The notes beneath the pieces are model-generated. The model had not been told where the DNA came from. It saw only the letters and a list, made by a program, of their open reading frames with translations, and searched no databases. A DNA stretch of 59,934 nucleotides from Phycisphaerales bacterium. Lineage in GTDB: Bacteria; Planctomycetota; Phycisphaerae; Phycisphaerales; UBA1924. Below are positions 59,721 to 59,934 of this stretch, piece by piece. Location: the NCBI GenBank assembly GCA_029260555.1, contig JAJDCZ010000012.1:1-59934 (forward strand), written 5' to 3'. The translations under genes were made by a program, and so were the position numbers. The stretch's first letter is position 1. The number at the start of each line of letters is the position of its first letter.

Positions 59721-59934
59721 TTACTGCCCAATCAGCTGCCTCAACAGTGCCAGGTCATCTGTTGAATGCCTTTCGTTCACCATGAGTGCCTGGACCTCAT
59801 TGCCATTCACCACTGACCTGGTCGCACCAGATTGCGAGTCGATATCGCACGACAGCACCACAACATCGCCAGCTCTGAGTTTGGGCGAGCGATACCAGCG
59901 TACATCTCGTGACGATGCAAAACGAATCGCGAGC
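59721..59934 (-). CDS. 3' end of a gene running off the window (C-terminal 71 aa: ...RWYRSPKLRAGDVVVLSCDIDSQSGATRSVVNGNEVQALMVNERHSTDDLALLRQLIGQ). Function unknown.
   Basis: Open reading frame on the minus strand from the window edge to TAA at 59721..59723. Not in the ORF track because no Met lies within the window. Confidence 0.3.
   Translation of the reverse strand, partial: LAIRFASSRDVRWYRSPKLRAGDVVVLSCDIDSQSGATRSVVNGNEVQALMVNERHSTDDLALLRQLIGQ

Noticed and set aside
1-59934. CRISPR arrays, insertion sequences, integrases, prophage genes
   Set aside because: I scanned for regularly spaced direct repeats and for transposase, integrase, capsid or terminase-like ORFs and found none. The only repeats are the intragenic duplications noted above.

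Overview
This 59.9 kb window is GC-rich (roughly 55-60% by eye) with lower-GC stretches at both ends and at ~54.9-56.8 kb. It looks like chromosomal DNA from a PVC-superphylum bacterium, most plausibly Planctomycetota. The evidence for that is three prepilin-like DUF1559 proteins with N-terminal '[14 protein letters not shown]' methylation motifs and, where visible, the H-X9-DG signature, plus PEP-CTERM-like tails and dockerin-like Ca-binding modules. I call about 50 protein-coding genes, one tRNA-Arg(TCT), two rho-independent terminators and one intragenic 60-bp tandem repeat. The main blocks are listed below.

- An arginine-biosynthesis operon, argR-argC-argB-argF-argG-argH followed by a short GNAT-type N-acetylglutamate synthase, with overlapping start/stop codons.
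- A complete eukaryote-like kynurenine pathway for tryptophan degradation. One tightly coupled operon carries 3-hydroxyanthranilate 3,4-dioxygenase, ACMSD, kynureninase, kynurenine 3-monooxygenase and kynurenine formamidase. Tryptophan 2,3-dioxygenase lies 5 kb downstream, next to an orphan csrA.
- thiS-thiG, pyruvate kinase, a DEAD-box helicase with a repeat-containing basic tail, a globin, a YdiJ-like FAD/Fe-S oxidoreductase, a MATE efflux pump, a flotillin-like protein, recX and cinA (no recA), and a DinB-like Y-family polymerase paired with an SRAP/YedK peptidase.
- Several large secreted proteins with unusual architectures: a fused M14 carboxypeptidase plus S9 DPP-IV-like peptidase; a multi-domain metallophosphoesterase; and an FGE-domain PEP-CTERM protein translationally coupled to a large dockerin-tailed protein.

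I found no CRISPR array, transposase, integrase or obvious prophage. All functional calls rest on motif and family recognition from the translated ORFs, not on database searches.
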